The notes beneath the pieces were generated by a model. The model made no database searches, was not told the DNA's origin, and saw nothing but the letters and a program-made list of their open reading frames with translations. The position numbers and the translations under genes are program-made. From NCBI GenBank assembly GCA_963514005.1, contig OY740782.1:136648001-136712000 (forward strand): DNA of 64,000 nt. The letters are read 5' to 3'. Below, one piece after another: positions 61,352 to 64,000 of this stretch (positions within the stretch are counted from its first letter, which is position 1; each line of letters begins with the position of its first letter). The stretch comes from Raja brachyura (lineage: Eukaryota).

Positions 61352-62782
61352 CCCCACTTTTTAAAAAAGGAGGGAGAGAGAAAGCGGGGAATTACAGACC
61401 AGTTAGTCTAACATCGGTAGTGGGGAAACTGCTAGAGTCAGTTATTAAAGATGGGATAGCAGTGCATTTGGAAAGTGGTGAAATCATTGGACAAAGTCAG
61501 CATGGATTTACGAAAGGTAAATCATGTCTGACAAATCTGATAGAATTTTTCGAGGATGTAACTAGTAGAGTGGATAAGGGAGAACCAGTGGATGTGTTGT
61601 ATCTAGACTTTCAGAAGGCTTTCGACAAGGTCCCGCATAAGAGATTAGCATACAAACTTAAAGCACACGGTATTGGGGGTTCAGTATTGATGTGGATAGA
61701 GAACTGGCTAGCAGACAGGAGGCAAAGGGTAGGAGTAAACGGGTCCTTTTCAGAATGGCAGGCAGTGACTAGTGGGGTGCCGCAAGGCTCAGTGCTGGGA
61801 CCCCAGCTATTTACAATATATATTAATGATTTGGACGAGGGAATTCAATGCAACATCTCCAAATTTGCAGATGATACCAAGCTGGGGGGTATAGTTAGGT
61901 GTGAGGAGGATGCTTGGAGGCTGCAGGGTGATTTGGATAGGCTGAGTGAATGGGCAGATGCATGGCAGATGCAGTACAATGTGGATAAATGTGAGGTTAT
62001 CCACTTTGGTGGCAAAAACATGAGGGTAGACTATTATCTGAATGGTGGCAGATTAGGTAAGGGGGAGATGCAACGAGACCTGGGTGTCATGGTACACCAG
62101 TCATTGAAAGTAGGCATGCAGGTGCAGCAGGCAGTGAAGAAAGCAAATGGTATGTTAGCATTCATAGCGAAAGGATTTGAGTATAGGAGCAGGGAGGTTC
62201 TACTGCAGTTGTACAGGGTTTTGGTGAGGCCACACCTGGAGTACTGCGTACAGTTTTGGTCTCCAAATCTGAGGAAAGACATCCTTGCCATAGAGGGGGT
62301 ACAGAGAAGATTCACCAGACTGATTCCTGGGATGTCAGGACTTTCATATGAGGAAAGATTGGATAGACTCGGTTTGTACTCGATGGAATTTAGAAGATTG
62401 AGGGGGGATCTTATAGAAACCTACAAAATTCTTAAGGGGTTGGACAAGCTAGATGCTGGAAGATTGTTCCCGATGTTGGGGGTGTCCAGAACAAGGGGTC
62501 ACAGTCTAAGGATAAGGGGGAATTCCTTTAGGACCGAAATGAGGAAAACATTCTTTACACAGAGAGTGGTGAGTCTCTGGAATTCTCTGCCACAGAAGGT
62601 AGTTGAGGCCAGTTCATTGGCTATATTTAAGAGGGCGTTAGATGTGGCACTTGTGGCTAAAGGGATCAGGGGGTATGGAGAGAAGGCAGGTACGGGATAC
62701 TGAGTTGGATGATCAGCCATGATCACATTGAATGGCGGTGCAGGCTCGAAGGGCCGAATGGCCTACTCCTGCACCTATTTTC
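61352..62782 (+). mobile_element. CR1 family A, 5'-truncated, open RT frame 61420..62703
   Basis: GVPQGSVLGP, FADD; (tttctatg)n tail. Confidence 0.98.
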
Positions 62783-63023
62783 TATGTTTCTATGTTTCTA
62801 TGCCTGCCAGTGTCTACAAAATCCAGGGCTCTTATTTATAGGAAAATGCTGATCCACAATCACTCAGCTTGGAACTAGCCTAAGGTCTGATCCTTGTAAG
62901 CTATGAAAATAAAATAGGATATGAATATCCTGAACTGAAATATTATGAGGAAGATAATTTCCTATTTAAAAATGGGGCATGTAATATAGGACAGTTGTTA
63001 ACCCTATTCCTCCCTGCACTTAC

Positions 63024-63180
63024 ATACACCCCTTGCTCTCTCTGGTCAACCGTGCTTCCATGATATTTATGGTGCAAAACACATTGTTATTCTCTGTCTT
63101 TTGGAGATGGTCAATACCCGGAAAGGACACAAGGGCAAATTCTTGCTGACAACACAGGGTTGGCCTTGAGGTGCATATTT
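63024..63180 (-). CDS. Internal exon (x)ICTSRPTLCCQQEFALVSFPGIDHLQKTENNNVFCTINIMEARLTRESKGC
   Basis: tgtttttcacccccag acceptor, gtaagt donor, 157 nt with a single open frame, phase 1 to 2. Confidence 0.6.
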
Positions 63181-63344
63181 CTGGGGGTGAAAAACAGTTG
63201 TTGCTTTCATGGTCTTAATTACCTGATTGCAGCAATATGTATTTGTTTGAATAAAGAATTACTCGAGCAAATAAAATCATGTATGGAAGACCAAATGGGT
63301 GGGTTAGCCAATGAAGGGTGGAAATACTTTATCCTCTCTGACCA

Positions 63345-64000
63345 ATGAATGAATGAATGAATGAATAATTTATTAGCCAAGTATTCACATACAAGGAATT
63401 TGCCTTGGTGCTCCGACCGCACGTGACAACATGACATAGGGTGACAGTTAGGAATGACGCATAAAACATTAAACATTAATAATGAAACATAATCGATTAA
63501 GCATGTGAATTAAATAAAATACCAGAGCAGAAGGAGGCTACAGATTTTTGGTTATTGAGTAAAGCTACTACTCGTGGAAAAAAGCTGTTTTTATGTCTGG
63601 CTGTGGCAGCTATGACAGTCCGGAGTCGCTTTCCAGAGGGAAGTGATTCAAAGAGTTTGTGACCAGGGTGAGAGGGGTCAGACATGATCTTACCCGCACG
63701 CTTTCCTACCCTTGCAGTGTGCAGTACATGAAAGGAAGGAAGGTAGCAGCCAATAACCTTCTTAGCTGAGCGGATAATTCTGTGCAGCATCCAGATGTCG
63801 TGCTTGGTGGCCGAGCCAAACCAAACCATGATGGAGAATGTGGGGACAGACTCTACGATGGCCGTATAGAATTGGACCATTATTGCCTGAGGCAGATTGT
63901 GCTTCCTCAGATGCCACAGGAAGTACATCCTCTGTTGTGCCTTTTTAACGGTGGAGTCGATGGTGCCCCCCCATTTAAGGTCCTTGGAGGTGATGGTTCC
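63345..64000 (-). mobile_element. Rex1/Babar LINE 3' part (same family as 5373-6328), runs off the window
   Basis: MYFLWHLRKHNLPQAIMVQFY...HPGHKLFESLPSGKR; (ttca)n tail. Confidence 0.95.

Overview
Repeat-dense eukaryotic genomic DNA, almost certainly a cartilaginous fish (skate/ray-like, inferred from HE1-type V-SINEs with CR1/HER1-type tails). Most of the window is nested transposable elements: at least three CR1 LINE families (two copies with long open RT frames), Rex1/Babar LINEs, a decayed Penelope element plus many short Penelope-derived ends, a decayed Tc1 transposon, four PIF/Harbinger-like MITEs, a Helitron spanning the N-gap, and a 1.2 kb gag-only Gypsy LTR derivative. I also read phase-compatible small minus-strand exons (63.2 to 45.8 kb) of a host gene that I cannot name. 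Best candidates for something undescribed: (1) a family of composite non-coding retroposons made of a conserved head, exchangeable GC-rich/VNTR cargo, a covarying hairpin and a Rex1-type tail; (2) about 14 minimal hammerhead-ribozyme motifs on short Penelope-derived mobile units; (3) a young gag-only LTR element with an open capsid and zinc-knuckle frame. All coordinates were read by eye and most repeat boundaries are approximate; no database searches were run.
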